Positions 13,073 to 26,179 of a stretch of 64,000 nt of DNA are shown here, piece after piece. Source of the DNA: Raillietiella orientalis. Its lineage: Eukaryota. The notes beneath the pieces are model-generated. The model was given only the letters and a program-made list of their open reading frames with translations, was not told the DNA's origin and searched no databases. The stretch lies in NCBI GenBank assembly GCA_036172245.1, contig JAYWIR010000045.1, positions 496,001-560,000 on the forward strand, read 5' to 3'. A program made the translations under genes and the position numbers. The number at the start of each line of letters is the position of its first letter. Position 1 is the first letter of the stretch.

Positions 13073-14319
13073 TAGGAATGAGTTCAGAGGAACACAGCGA
13101 AGAACAGTCTCTTCTCAACGATGTTTCAGCTAGCACGCGACATTCGACTCGTGTCTCTTGACTTGGACTCCGTCTCATCCACGGATGAACTAGAGGAACG
13201 CTCCACGGACTGTTGCTGGACTTACCACAGGCAAAGAGGAAGGAGCTTGTCCGTTCAGGCAGCAGCAGCAGCCACTTCAGAGGAATTGGACAGAAGGCAA
13301 GCTGATTTCGATGGTAACTTCGTCCCACTTTATGCTTCACTTCAATGCGCGTGGAGACCACTGCAAGAAACCGATACTGACTCACTGTGTCAAAGCTAGA
13401 ACAGCAATGTCAAAGGCTGGCCGTCAGCTCCAGCTCATGTCTGTACATAGAACACAAGAACTTAAAAAAAAGTCCCTGATAGACGTGGACGAATGCCTTC
13501 TGGTGATCGACTGCATTTTTCAGTTTTCTAGTCTCTTACTCCAGTCCGCGTGCTTCCTCAACGCAAGTTCTTTTCTGGAGGCATGACTCTGACACTCCCT
13601 CTCTGAATCCTGAACTAGGAATGGGAGTGAAGGATACTGGGATTCATACATCGTCTGTTCTGGGGGCTGCGATGGGCCCAGATACTCCTCCCAATCTCTC
13701 ATTCCACACACAAAAACCAACCTGACAGCAGCATTCACAAGCGTGACCCGACTCCAATTCCTCAGGTCAACCACGAAGTGCTGTCCATCTGAAGCAGGCA
13801 GGAATACCTCTCGGATCGGCGTTGACTGATCTGTGCAATGTCAGCAGAGCCAGTTCTGTCCACAAAGAGTTTGGAGCTGCTTGCAAGCCATTCTCGTCGG
13901 GTCCGCTTGCTCTTCGAGCCTTGGGTTACACGACTCGCGCCCATAGTCAACGGTTCTTCCGAGACTTTGCAGAAGACTGAGGTCCTGACCTCGAAGAGCC
14001 GCGCAGCGCACTCTCCGTTCTAGCTGAGACGCCGTACTCAGGCAGCTAGAAGCGGGAGAAGCTGCGAGCGTCGTCAGCAGCCCATCTGTTTTACTCATCT
14101 CACCTCACGCAGAGAGATCGTCTCATGAAGGTCTTGGCTCGTAGCAATCAGGCGGGAGCTGAGAGACCTTGGCTGGAGACCCGGAGGACGAAGACGAGTT
14201 GAGATATCTCCCAAAGAGGTGGGCTGGCATGTTAAAAACACTTCAGCTGGCCCTAAACCGATGCTTCTTGAAACAGGGATACTGATTAAGTTCTTATTTG
14301 GAGTTTTGAATATTTGCTT

Positions 14320-17300
14320 TCCTTTTTTTTTTATTCATGAGGGTCACATTTTTAGGGTTGCTGTTGAGACCGGAGTAAATAACTGAGAAGCTTATGGTGC
14401 TTGTTTGTGCTGGAGGCAAGAGAGGTGAGAAATGAATGGGACAAGCTAAGGATTTTGATGTTTAGGAGGTCCGGTGTTGAGGAGGGAGCAGTGGGATCAT
14501 TCTTAATTACGCTGATTCTTAATTACGTAGGTGTGATTTCGTCGGAATTCTGACAGTGATGATTGCTGGTCCGCAAAGATGTGTTTGACATCGGAGTTTG
14601 CAACGTTTTTATTCGGTCGCCAGAATGAACGTTGCTTCTACAGACAGTGAATGGTTCAGGACGGTTTTGGAGAGGAGGAAGATAGTCGGTGGAGTCAGGT
14701 GGTATTTTTGTACTGTTAAAAATCATGACCCCATTTTTTGTTGCACGGGCATGGCGGGTTCATGACGAAAAGAGGCGGACTGATGCCGGCGATGGTAGCA
14801 CTGATGTTGGGAAGAACGGCTTTGCACGCTTTTATAAGGGTGGCTTCCTTCCACGTGTTTTGTTAGGGTAGCAAGACTGCAGAGGTGGTGATTGTGGTGC
14901 AGTGAGGAAATCAAACCGAGTGATTCAAGAGCCAGGGTTCCTATGCTCGTACAATATTTAATACATTCAAACTAAATCTGCTCTGTCTTTTGTACATGAC
15001 ACAGGTTTGGTTTCTTAGGTCAGTGGAAGTGGAATTGGTGGGTGCCGCTAGCGTTGAACCGCGTGTACGGAGCATGTGGCACGTGGCTTCCTAGGTCTTA
15101 GGAAATGCAGACGGGAGCATAATAGGTATGGAGGGTTTAGGATCTGGATGCAGAGAACTATCGTAGGATCTGGAGCAACTAAGAATGTCCTCACGCTTTT
15201 GCGTTCAGATTAATTACAAGGTGATTTCAGTTTACCCTTCAGCAATTCATACCGAGGGTGGTGTTTGGTAGGGAACAGGGATATTTGGGTATATTTCGAT
15301 TGCGATAACTCGTGGTCTGTATTCGCCGTTTTTTTTTTTTTTTTTTTTGTAAGAGTTACAGAGTGCATATTTAAGTGCTATTTTGAATTAGGGAATTAGG
15401 AGTTCGGGAAATTGGGCTATGGTTTTGTGTCCGACATGCCGTATCATTGAGTTTGGGAGAATGTACACGGTTTAAAATTGTGTGTGGTATGACTATATTG
15501 TTGAGGAGCGGTTACAGAATACAAATAACGAGGTTGATGGTACGTGGGTATAGATGAGTTAGTTATGAAGGATCTGTTTGCCATTGTTTTTCTAGAGCAT
15601 TGATGACTGCTATGAACCAATCTGCTAAAGTAGTTTGATGAGGACAGAGATTCAGACTTCATTTTGCCCGATGCATCGAGGCAATCCTTGGCGTGTTCCA
15701 TGGACTAGCGTTGATTACTGTAAAAATTTTAAATACAGGAATGTTAGAAACTTGTTGAGCAGGATCCTTGGTGATGGTACAAACAGTGATGAGGATGGTG
15801 AGGTCGAATGAGGGATTACATTCGTTTCAGATGACGCGAATTTCATTTTGGGGTGAGGTAAGAAATTATTTAGTCATCTTGTACATAAATCGCAGTTCTG
15901 ATTGTGAGAGATAATCACAAGTCTGAGCAATTGAATTGGAAATGGGATTTTATTAATAGGGATAGGATGCGTGATCATGATAGCTTCTTAAGATAGTACG
16001 TTCGTGGATGCTGGTGTCTTAGAACCAGGATAGCGCAACTGCCATTTTTATCAGATAACATGCCGGCATCTGACATCAGTTTTGGTGCGTTCACCTATCT
16101 TGCTGAGATTTCTTCGATGACTGTTTAACGAGCTTGGGTAGGGTGGTGCCTCATGTTGGAGGGTGACTGTGGTATATTCTGTATACGAAGGGATTCCTCC
16201 ATTAGGTATAGTGTTCTTACCGATATTTGATTGCCGATTCATACTGCATTTCAGTGATCAATATTTTGTGTGTATGTGTGTGTGCAGGATTATTCGTGAC
16301 ACAGAAACGAAGGAAGGCGGGATTGATGGGGTATGGGGGTAGTGGAACCACGTTCTGTGCTTTTAAGGGTCACTTTTCATTGTTACGGGTTGAGAACATT
16401 TTCTTTTTTTGAGGGATTCTTATAGAAGAATTATATGAGACAGAGGATGATGTTCAAAACTATGAGTCATCTTATGAGTTATTAGATAATGATGTTGAAC
16501 AGGTGCATTATCAAGAGTGATTTATGGATATCGAAAATTATTGTGAATTAAATTTGGAAGGAGGAGATGAAAGGAGATGCTGGGGAGAGATTAAACCATT
16601 TTACGTCCTTGTTTCTAGCGTTTATAGGGAGATAGGATAGTTAGGAAGGAGACTGAGGGTTCCGCGGTGCCAATCACAGGAGAGTTCGGGAGATGTAAAA
16701 TGTAATTATTGGCTGGGTGGTAATTAAGCTAATGGAAGCAATGATTGCAGATGGGACTGTAATAATAGTGTTAATGGTACAAAGAGCGATAAAAATTTTG
16801 AGGATAAGCCAGCGCGTGATAGAGCGGTCGAGAAGAGCAAGGGGGTTGATTAAGACGAGTGAGTGGTATGGAGAGGGGTGTGGTGAAGTGACACAGTTAG
16901 CTTTGAAAGATAAAAGTACCTTTTGTGATGTGTTGGAAAAGAAAGATTTCATGGCTTCTTTTGATGGGTAATACGAGATGGGTCATCATGCTTGAGTGTA
17001 TGAATGTGGGTTCTAGAACCCACGAGGGATAAAAGTTAAATTTCCAGGGAATGAGAGTGGAAACAAAGTGTGGTCGGACGGGAACAAACTGTGGTACTCT
17101 TACTTGATTTCTATGGAGGAGCATTAAAGTATCCTTCAAAGTGATCGATGAAAAATTCCTATTCTAATCCTTGGATGGATGGGAAGATGAGTAATAATGC
17201 CGCGATAGGCATGCAGCACAATGAGCAAGTCAAGGGAGAGACAGAAGTAGGCAAGATGGCGGCTAGCTCAATATCAAAAAATAGGAGGATGTGGGAATCA

Positions 17301-17700
17301 GAAAAAGAAAGAAAACAAAAACAGGAAGCGTGCTTTAGATCCTGTTTCATATCCGTATTAGAGCTGAGATAGAATGGGAATATTAAGGATAATTTAAGGA
17401 TTAAAAGTGATTCGTCAGATGAGTGATGGATATCTGATTTGCTGAGTGTTACGAGTAACGGATGTTGTTTTCATAGCTCATTTAGAGTGAAGTTCTAAAA
17501 ACGCTTACCAGTATAGGAGATGCACTGCAAAAAAGTGGCTTGCAAAGCAAATTCTATTATTATTTTGACTGCAATTGTAATAGGGTAATTGAGTTAGAGG
17601 GATTGGAGAGGAATGTGTAAGCTTAACTGAATGGCCGACTGATGTTTTCAAGATCTGCCACTTGACAGGAGTTGCGATGAGGTTTGCTCTTTATTTTTCC
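14320..17700 (-). other. Strand-skewed, decayed coding-like block; candidate endogenous viral element
   Basis: Abrupt switch to a G/T-rich plus strand; protein-like minus-strand frames broken by stops; divided into about 1-kb units by T-runs at 14323-14332, 15329-15348 and 16404-16410. No family firmly recognised. Confidence 0.35.
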
Positions 17701-19110
17701 TGGACTACTAAACTTATTACGAAAAGAACGTGACTTCACAAGTGTACGGATAGGATGAGAAATGGTGTGTGCATCAATAGGTGAGTGCAAACGGAAGATC
17801 GTCGAATATGGACAAGTGTCAGGATAGTGGTGGAATAAGAGTTAGAGAAAGAGGAAGGGTGAGGCAACTGGCAGTTGCACGAAGACCTTGGAATCCTGCA
17901 AATGTAAAGAGTGCACAGCCGAAGATGGAGTATGCGATAGAATACTTGAATGACAATTGCTTGTTGATTTGGTGGCGATGAAATGAAAGCCGGCCGTGAT
18001 TGCCATAGCAACGGGAATCGATGCGGATGCGAGTGCTTTTGTTTCTGAGGAGTGGTTGCCCCGGATGCAGCGAAGGGAGCTTAGGAATTGAAATTCCTGA
18101 TCCAAGGAGGGAAAGTGCATTAAGAAGTGGATGCTCCCATTACAGATGAAACCACGATATGCAAAAGGGGTCAGGGAAAACTCAACCTCTACAAGGGAGT
18201 GGGGTGGCATACAATGCTGGTGAGGAAATTCTCTGTGGCTGGCCTTCCTGCCGCTATAATTTTCCCGGTGGGCAATAAGGAGCCACTGGAAGACATGCCT
18301 GAGGAAAGACTGTCCTTGCTGACGAAACCATGTGATTTGCTCGATCTGTAGAGCACGGAGTGCACAGCTTGCGACCCGAGATCCCTGCCGTCTCATGAGT
18401 AACGCTCGCGCGTTGAGATGGCTAGCCTGCGACATTTGCACGCTTGAACGCCACTAGCCATTTCCTCGGCTGTCCTGGCTCTGCAGATTATTTATTTTTT
18501 TTCCTTGTAGGGTTCTGTAGGATCCGCTCGCAAAGAGCCTTGCTTTCCTTCCTACGACCTTTTTTCCCTAATACACAGAATGTAGGGATGATGTTCGCAC
18601 GAGATCATAGTGAAGGCAGCGATCAAAGCATCGTGATGCACTTTCCTGTGGCGTAAGGATTGATCTGACAGGTGTAAAAGGGGGAGAGGGAAATGGAGTG
18701 CTGCGAGGAGCTCTGCTGCTGTTGTCGATAGCGCGAAGATTATGAAGGGGTTAAAGGTGAGTCTGCAGATGATGCTACCCAAGTGGTGATAAAACCCATT
18801 GAAAAAAGATCGATATGACAGAATGGGGTCGGAAGGGAGAATATACTTTTTGATTCTATCCGTTTGTAAAGACATATTTAATGATGTATTTTGTGAGATG
18901 GAAAATGGTAAAAGGTCAAAAAAAAAAAAGGGGGTGGGGGGAAGAGAATTCAATGATTTTCACATCCCAGCAGTGTCTTTCTGTGATTGGTGACTGTCGT
19001 TTATTTCCTGTTTAACTTGATTAGGGACCTCGGAAGAAGCCACACTTTTCCGATTCCCTTTCAGCATCCTCCAAAATAGGTTGCACAGAATAAGTCCCTA
19101 AAACTGGCGA

Positions 19111-19556
19111 TTTTTTTTTTTTTGGTACTCTAAGCACTGAAAAACCATTTGCCTTCTTAGGGGGGACCCACTAAGCTCTTCAAGCACCGTCCACGCCACC
19201 AGAAGTTGCGTGTGACTCTTCAAGTTATAGAGGGTACCCCGAGAGGGGACCACCCTGTGAATCCAGGAAGGGCTCCGAAGGAAGGAATCCATTTCTTATA
19301 CGCTTGGGAGAAGAAGAACCTCTTCATCATTCTCTCCAGAGGGACTCCTCAGAGGGGATTTCTCCTGGAATTTCTTCTCTGGATGGAACCCGCAAGGGAA
19401 CCGCTCCCTGTTTCCTCCTCTGAAGAGAACTCTGCCAGGATGCCTCCAAACTTCTCTGAAGGGTCGCTCCCCGAAGGGAGCAGCGCGCTTCTTGACACTC
19501 GGGGAAGGCATCATCAATCTACCAGCTCCATGGAGCGCGATGGAAGGTCCCCCACG
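19111..19556 (-). repeat. Dispersed repeat family copy B (probable L1/Tx1 fragment)
   Basis: Aligns with copies at 6560-6925, 22561-22735 and 33880-34058; translation WIHRVVPSRGTLYNLKS. Confidence 0.85.
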
Positions 19557-21329
19557 CGACAGCTGTGAACTGGAGGCCTTCTTTTCATGGACTGCCCCGA
19601 ATGATGGGGTTCGATCCGAGACCGGGAGCAGGCTTAGGTATTCGATTGGCGAGAAGTGAAAGAGGATCACCAAAGAGCGGTTTCTTTGGTGAACGCACAA
19701 AACCGTGCCCTGTAGATTTGGAGACGATGAAATGAAAACCGGCCGTGATTGCCATAGCAAGATTTGACCGTTGTGGTGCAGAATGGCTACGAGCCTTGCA
19801 TCGGAGGAATCCTCCGAGTTCACGTGGTTGCAGGTGCCGAAGGGACTGCGCGAACGTTTCTGTCAACACTCCTTCAACCCTTCTATCCTTCTATCCGTTC
19901 TCTCGTTAACTGACCTCTTCTATAAATGGGAATAAAATGTTTTTGCTTCCTCTTCCAAGGCAACTTTTCAACTTGTGGCGAACGAAGGGAATGCATGAAC
20001 CTCCAGTTCGGACGAGGGGACTAGAGCAGCAGCGGTCTTCGAAGTTCTTCCTTGCGTGCAGGGAAAGTCAGATAACGGAGGTTCTTCACGCTCCAACATC
20101 TGGCACTCGCAAGGTGAGCCAAGTGGAAAGAATGGCGTGACACGTGCGTTCATGATGGATGCCTTTTCTCCCGAAAAATGGTTTCTGTGTCACCATCAGG
20201 AGCCCATGATCGTAGCTGCGCGCCCTGCAGAACATAAGAATAGTAATGGGTTTGTGCCGGTGCTCACAGCATGCACTGCTGGCCCTATGGAAAAAAATCT
20301 CACAAAAAAGAACTGCCCCCAGTTAATGTAGACCTGCAGCAACTGAATCTTAAAATAGAAGGTAGCTTAAGCTTCATGAAGATCCATGCAGAGAAAGCAG
20401 CTGGTGGGCCGGAAAGCAGCTACGGAGCCGCAATAAACCGAGAAGGAAAGTCGACGTGTCCATCCAAATAAAAACAGGACTCATTAACGGCGTGTCGCGT
20501 GAGCTCTTGGATAAGCTCAGCTCCTCTTGGTCGAGAGGGCGCTGACCTGCTAAGCAAAAGGAAAAAATATGCTCATTATTGCAGTTGGAGACCAAGTGAG
20601 CAAACTTTTGGACTCCAGTTGTTGACCACTCCGCGCGAATGGCAGTTCACGTGACCAGGATGGACGGTTTGCATTGAAGAGTGACATGCAGACAGAGGAG
20701 GGGAGGGGAGTGACATTCTCCTGCTCCGTACTTCGATGAAAAAGGATCAAAGGTCCGTCGGCGAAATCCAGCGCTGGAGTCTTGCCTCGAGAAACGCTCC
20801 TTGGTATAGATGAGAAACCGAACACTTGTTAAGAAAGGGGGCAGCACCATGCGTTCAGATTTCGGAAATCCCCGAGATGGGGAAATCGGACAAGGTTTTG
20901 TTTTGTTTGGAAGGAGTAGAGGGGAGGAATCTTTTAGTTTCCAGGCTCCTTTGGTATAAGGAGCAAAACAAAAAGTGATTCGAAAGAGGTTCTCTTCCCG
21001 ATAATGCTGAATCCCAGTCTAGGAATCTCTCACATCATAGATAAAACGTCTGCTTAATACGATGGAAAGCAAATGGAATGGAATTCTTGAGCGATAGATG
21101 GCGCTCTGTGGTGGCACACATGAATCCGAAGAAGCATGTAATGTAATAAGGTACAGCTTCTACAGAGGAAAAGAAACTGCCTCGACAGCTGTCTGCAAAT
21201 CATTCAAAAACTCCTTTACTGCTTCTGCCTTTCATTATTGTGGAAGCTTCACTCCCCAACTTCCCGGTACCTAACACAGATTCGTGCCTCTGCGATCTCA
21301 TCGTAGTCACACTCATGTCGAGAGCGCTT

Positions 21330-21945
21330 GCTCTTCATCTGAACAGAGAAAAGCAGCGTGGCATGCTCGAAAGACCAAGCTCGATAACCTCCTGATGTTC
21401 TATCACGGAATAATCCTGAGTGGATCCAGAATGAAGTACTTCACCGGGAGAAGAGAAGATGAAGAATGTAAAGCATGTGGTGACAGGAACACGAGACTTC
21501 ACGTCCTAACCTGCCCGACAATGCACGAGGACTAACAGACGCTGGAAAGGGTCATAGGGATGCCGAACACCTCGAAGATGGAATTCTAGCCGGGATGTTC
21601 CAGGGAAGCGGAAACGTGCCCTTCTACAACCCAATGGTAAGGACGACCTTATCCCTGTTCATCACCGCCCTCCTGATACGGTGGTGGAAGATGAGTACCT
21701 CCAGGATAACCGTATCTCCCATGGAGGCCCTGCGAGGGATTATCCAAAAGGAGATCGGGATAAGGGACTGTGGGACAAGTCCCGGCCTGAACGTACCGAT
21801 ACATCCTTAAAAGGCTCAAGGACAACGCCCAGGCACACCCAACGCCCAGTCCTCCCAAGTGCCAGAAGTGAAACTGAAAGTGAAAACCTGTAGTTTCTAG
21901 TTCGTTTTGAATGAATGAGTCTGTAGTGTGAATGATAAATACATT
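21330..21945 (+). mobile_element. 5'-truncated L1/Tx1-type LINE: ORF2 C-terminal zinc-knuckle region and 3' end
   Basis: Frame reads MFYHGIILSGSRMKYF...CKACGDRNTRLHVLTCP (Cx2Cx7Hx3C, typical of the L1-clade ORF2 C-terminus), continues through two stops to LLIRWWK, and is followed by a short UTR-like tail. Confidence 0.7.
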
Positions 21946-22560
21946 TGCTCCACCCCATGAGGGATTGGGGAAACTCGAAAGACCAAGCTGGGTGCCAAGA
22001 GGTTTGGATCTTGGAAAAAACCACGGATTCCCATAGCAATATCAGAATTCCATGAGCCACTTGCGTCTCCGATCTCTTTTTTCTCCTACCGAAAACGAAT
22101 TCTTATTCGGCAAGGAAACGGCATAAGCAACTTTCCTGGATACCCATGTCCTTTACCGCTTCCCGGAGTTGATGACAGGAGTCCTGTTTCTTGGGTCGGC
22201 AGTTTCAACTTTTACGCTCGTTCGCGGAAACTGACAAAGCAGGCGGAAAGGGTTTCCGATAAGCTGATGAACTTCTTTGCGTGGATGAAAGTATCCGAAA
22301 CATGCCGCGTTTGTATTCCCAGCGAGATCCCCACGGATGCAGTTCCCTGTACAAAATCTCCGTACTCTAATTACTATATCATAAAGAACAAGCCGTCAGC
22401 TTGGAGAATGCTCGAACAATTCCAAAAACTGAGGCAGCTGTTGGGCAACGCGATCATGATGAGGCAAGAAGAGTTCCAGAGGTGCAAGCCCAAATAAAAT
22501 CCATCCGGCCCACGTTGGCGGCCGTGTGGCTGTGGGTCCCTGAGTTTTCTTGCAAGCTCA

Positions 22561-22900
22561 AAAGAAACTGACTCCCTTTCCCCAGAGCCTCCCTGGATTC
22601 ATAGGGTGGTCACCTCCCGCGGTACCCCCTATAACTTGAAGAGTTGCACGCATCCCCGGATGGCGTGGAGCTTCGCGAGCGTCCCCTAAGGAGGCCAACG
22701 GTGCTTCAGTACTTAGCGAACCGAAAAAAGAAAAATCCGCAAAAAATAAAAATAGAAAGATAAAATCCTTTGGAGGAAAAAAATGCCTGTGGCTTAACAT
22801 CAGCTCACTAAATCCACAGGAGAAGAGACGGATGTCAGTTCTCAAAGCGCCCACAACTTCGCTGTTCGTTCATCCTGCGGTCATTCAGGAAAGAGGGTAG
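22561..22900 (+). mobile_element. Dispersed repeat family copy C followed by the apparent start of an L1-type AP endonuclease
   Basis: 22561-22735 is the inverted homologue of 19111-19297 (WIHRVVTSRGTPYNLKS). It is followed by CLWLNISSLNPQEKRR...AVIQE, similar to the APE N-terminal motifs SxNVNGLNxxxKR...LQE. Confidence 0.55.
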
Positions 22901-23054
22901 CCGTTGAAATCATTGCTGTGAAGCGACAGGCTAACAAGAATATTGATAACACCTCTTTAATAATAAGCTGCGGGAATCATCCACGGTTTTTAAAACCTGT
23001 TTTCCATCACCATCTGCGGGGTACCTTCTAGGAACGTCAGTGGCTTCGCGGTTC

Positions 23055-23310
23055 TGAGTACGAGGGAGCAAATTCATATGGAAAATTTGCACCCTTCCAT
23101 TACATTATTAACTAAGAGGCTTTATTTCATAGATTCTACCATTGAAGACACATAACTGATGGTATGGACCAAACAGTGGTGCCCATTAGCAAAACACTTC
23201 TCTCCACAACACATATTTTGTAACACATTTTTGAAATGTTCAGGGTTCCTCCGGCATACATAAGTGAAGATCTTGGAGGCACACAAAAGTCAAATTCTGG
23301 AGAAGCAAAC
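23055..23310 (+). mobile_element. Degenerate Ty3/Gypsy integrase core remnant
   Basis: Motifs in the expected order: REQIHMENL (cf. WEQIHMDF), LLTKRLYFI (cf. RLTKxxHFI), LAKHF..HIFEMFRVPPAYISEDLG (cf. IFxxFGVPxxIxSDxG), then frameshifted KFWRS; contains stops. Confidence 0.5.
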
Positions 23311-25294
23311 GTCCTTACAAGATGAGGGAAAGCTGAGTTTCGCCGAGTCCGGTGAAGAAGCGTGAGAAACCGTGAGCGGTGCTCGAGGTCCGTCGGAGTC
23401 GAAGAGTGGGGAACTTTTCAGTACTAGATCTTTCAAGATGGACTGTAAACATCATTATTTATTCCGACGTTTCCTAACAGTGCGAATCATGAAGGCGTGG
23501 AAGCAGGTCACCCGATGCGGGATGCGTGATGGCTTCTACCACGGAATTTGCACTCCGAACTGATGAAATGCGTTGGCCGTTACTCGCACGAGCGCAGAAC
23601 TTGGAAAATGTTCCACACTCTGCAGGGATGAACTGGACTTGTCACGCGCAGTCTCCGGGGTTTCTTCCCGAATCGCTGTTCAGCTATTCGTGCTCTTTGT
23701 GCTTTCTGAATTTATCGTTCTTCCAGAATGAACCAAGTGTTTCCTCGCCATCTTTCGTTCCGACACTTTTGGAGGAACGGAAAGCGATACGAGGTGTATA
23801 AGCATGCTGTCTCACGACTCGTCTCCCTTTACTTTTAAATATTGTACCACAAGCACATGGATGCAGTCAATAGCTGGTCCAGTGAAGGCACTTCAGCATA
23901 GGAACAGGTCGATGCTTGGATTCCCCGGATGTCGAAAACCCAGCCTCCCTCTATTAAAGCATTCAGAATGGAGGTATCGTGTGGCAAGTATCTTCGGATT
24001 ACCAGAGCATAAATGTTCCATTCGGCGATCACATCCCAGATAAGTGTCATGACGATGTGCGCACTTTCAGTCACTTTCGACAGCACGCTTCCCCTCCTGC
24101 GTCTCGGCGAAGCAAAACAAATTACTCCGGTTCCAAATCCTCTTGCAGCCGTATCCAAATCCAAAGTGCCAAAAGCAGGCTGATTTTTTGGTTCCTATTC
24201 TTGGGAAAGGAGGAAGGGACGGAATTGGATTCAAATCCTGGACATGAAGCCACTTCTGGTGCCGATTTTGCTTCAAGAACGAGGCTTTTTCGGAGCTTGA
24301 GGTCCGTAAAAACGGGGGACTCTTGCAGGTTTTTTCAACAGCAGCTGTGCTCGACTACCAGTTACCGACAGCAGTTCTTGTTCTGTTGTTGTTGTTTCTA
24401 TTTTGTGATTGGTTGTTACTGGTTGTCAAATATCTCCATATCCTGCCATTCTTGTCTTTCAACCCGCTTCTCTTCAAACACAGGGAATAACCCGCCAGCT
24501 GCTACCACGGGTTTTAAGGACCTGCTACGGTCCAGTTTACTTTAGGAGGCACCCAGTCACCTACTGAGAGCTCCAGCGTGGGAATCGTGGACTCCGGAGC
24601 TGCCCTGAAGAGTATGCGGCCCGGCACAAGTGGTATGCTAGTGTTGGCAATACCGGGTGCTGGTCTTTCATTTCGTTGCCGGGCATCAAGCAAAGATTCG
24701 CACCTATGCGAATGAAACAGCCTCTCAGAGAAGACGGGATATAAATTTCCCACTTCCTTCTATGCTCTCTCTCTCCGATGGCAATCTAAGCATCAGCACC
24801 TCAGTATCCGCTGCAGATTTCTTAGGAGGTTGCCGTAGGAGTTCAAGTCCTTACTTTCCTTACTTTTCAGCGTTTTGAGAGCTGTAATCGTCCAGCGGTC
24901 TCTTCCGGAAGCTCATCAAAAAAGGGAAAAAAAGGAAGAACTCTTCTTGAACGAAATGACCGCGTCACATTTCCCACTCCTAAGGTTTCTTCCCTCAGCA
25001 GTCAGCTCAGTGCTCGGGAGCTTTCCATTCTTGCCCTGCGGAAAGATGAACACAAGAATCTCGGTCAAGTGTAGAAAGTCTTCACGCCTTTAATTCAGAT
25101 ACTCTTGAAACTGGAGGTCAAAACGCCACGTTTGGTCTCCTGTGTTTGCTGACTTGAAGCCACGCCTTCAGTTTAACACGGATGCAACTTTGCAGCTGTC
25201 TGTCAACACGCTGATCCGATATCCTGCTGGAGGATAGGAAGACGTGCCACTTCGGAGACGTTCGGGTCAAGCGTAAATTGTTCCCGAGTTATGA

Positions 25295-25860
25295 GTTTTG
25301 CTGGGTCATTCTTCTAGAGTCACCCGCGTGAAGTCCGTATTGGAATTTCACTTCCGAGTGGGGACTCGACGGTGAGGCTGTGGGGCCCGAATGCCCGCAA
25401 AAATGCCTCCCTCCACAATGAGCATAGTTATCCCGTATGGTGTATCAGCGTCTTCAGACAAGAGAACTATTTCGTTGGGTCTTCGATGGACCACAACATC
25501 CGGATGTGGTCCTTCGAGAAGATACTTCCGCTGCGCTTCATGTTCGGACACCAGCTAGCTGTCCGTGCAGGTCGTCAGATTTCACTCCAGCGGGAACTAC
25601 ACAGAGTCCGAGTCCCTGGACAATACCGTGAGGCCGTGGTCGCTGCAGGAAGGCTCGGTGGTGGGGTACGAAGCGGGAGTGACGAGCCTTGCGTTTTTCG
25701 CGGAATGACCAAGTTCCTCATCTGTGTCGGCACCGACGGCAGGATAAGATTGTGGGGTCTGGTTGAAAGTAAACTCCTGTACTCTACGTCCGGGGATTTC
25801 GGGTCCGTGAGCAGAGCATCCGCGTCAGCGTCTTCACTCAGTTTGATCTTCGCAGCCTGC
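25295..25860 (+). pseudogene. TAF5L: Frameshifted, intronless TAF5/TAF5L-like WD40 pseudogene
   Basis: Three frameshifts join VLLGHSSRVTRV / SGDSTVRLW..NASLHNEHSYPVWCISVFRQENYFVGSSMDHNIRMWSFEKILPLRFMFGH / VQVVRFHSSGNY...SLDNTVRPWSLQEG...VTSLAF / KFLICVGTDGRIRLWGL. This is collinear with TAF5L WD repeats (HAYPVW, LWSFDRTYPLR..GH, VKFHPNSNY, VRLWSAQQG). It may extend upstream to about 24850. Confidence 0.75.
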
Positions 25861-26179
25861 CAGAAAGACTTCTTGTCAACTAGTGGAGCTGAGAGTCGAT
25901 CACCCAGGATAGGAAGAGACCCGAGGGTGACCACTTTACGTATGGCAGTCGACTCTCCTGGTGCAGCCAAGCTATCGGGAGTTTAGCACTGTGCTTTTTC
26001 CAGGAATCAAGTAAAGAGGAGTATGATGGACAGGAACCACCGGTTTCCCGGATAAACATTTCTTCAAACATCAAAACAAACATTTCTTTTGCTGGATGGG
26101 AGCTCCCCGAGAAAGTTCCGTCCCTTGCCCCGTGTCGTAGCTGGCGGTGTTCGCCGACGGGCGTCGGTGCACCAAATGC

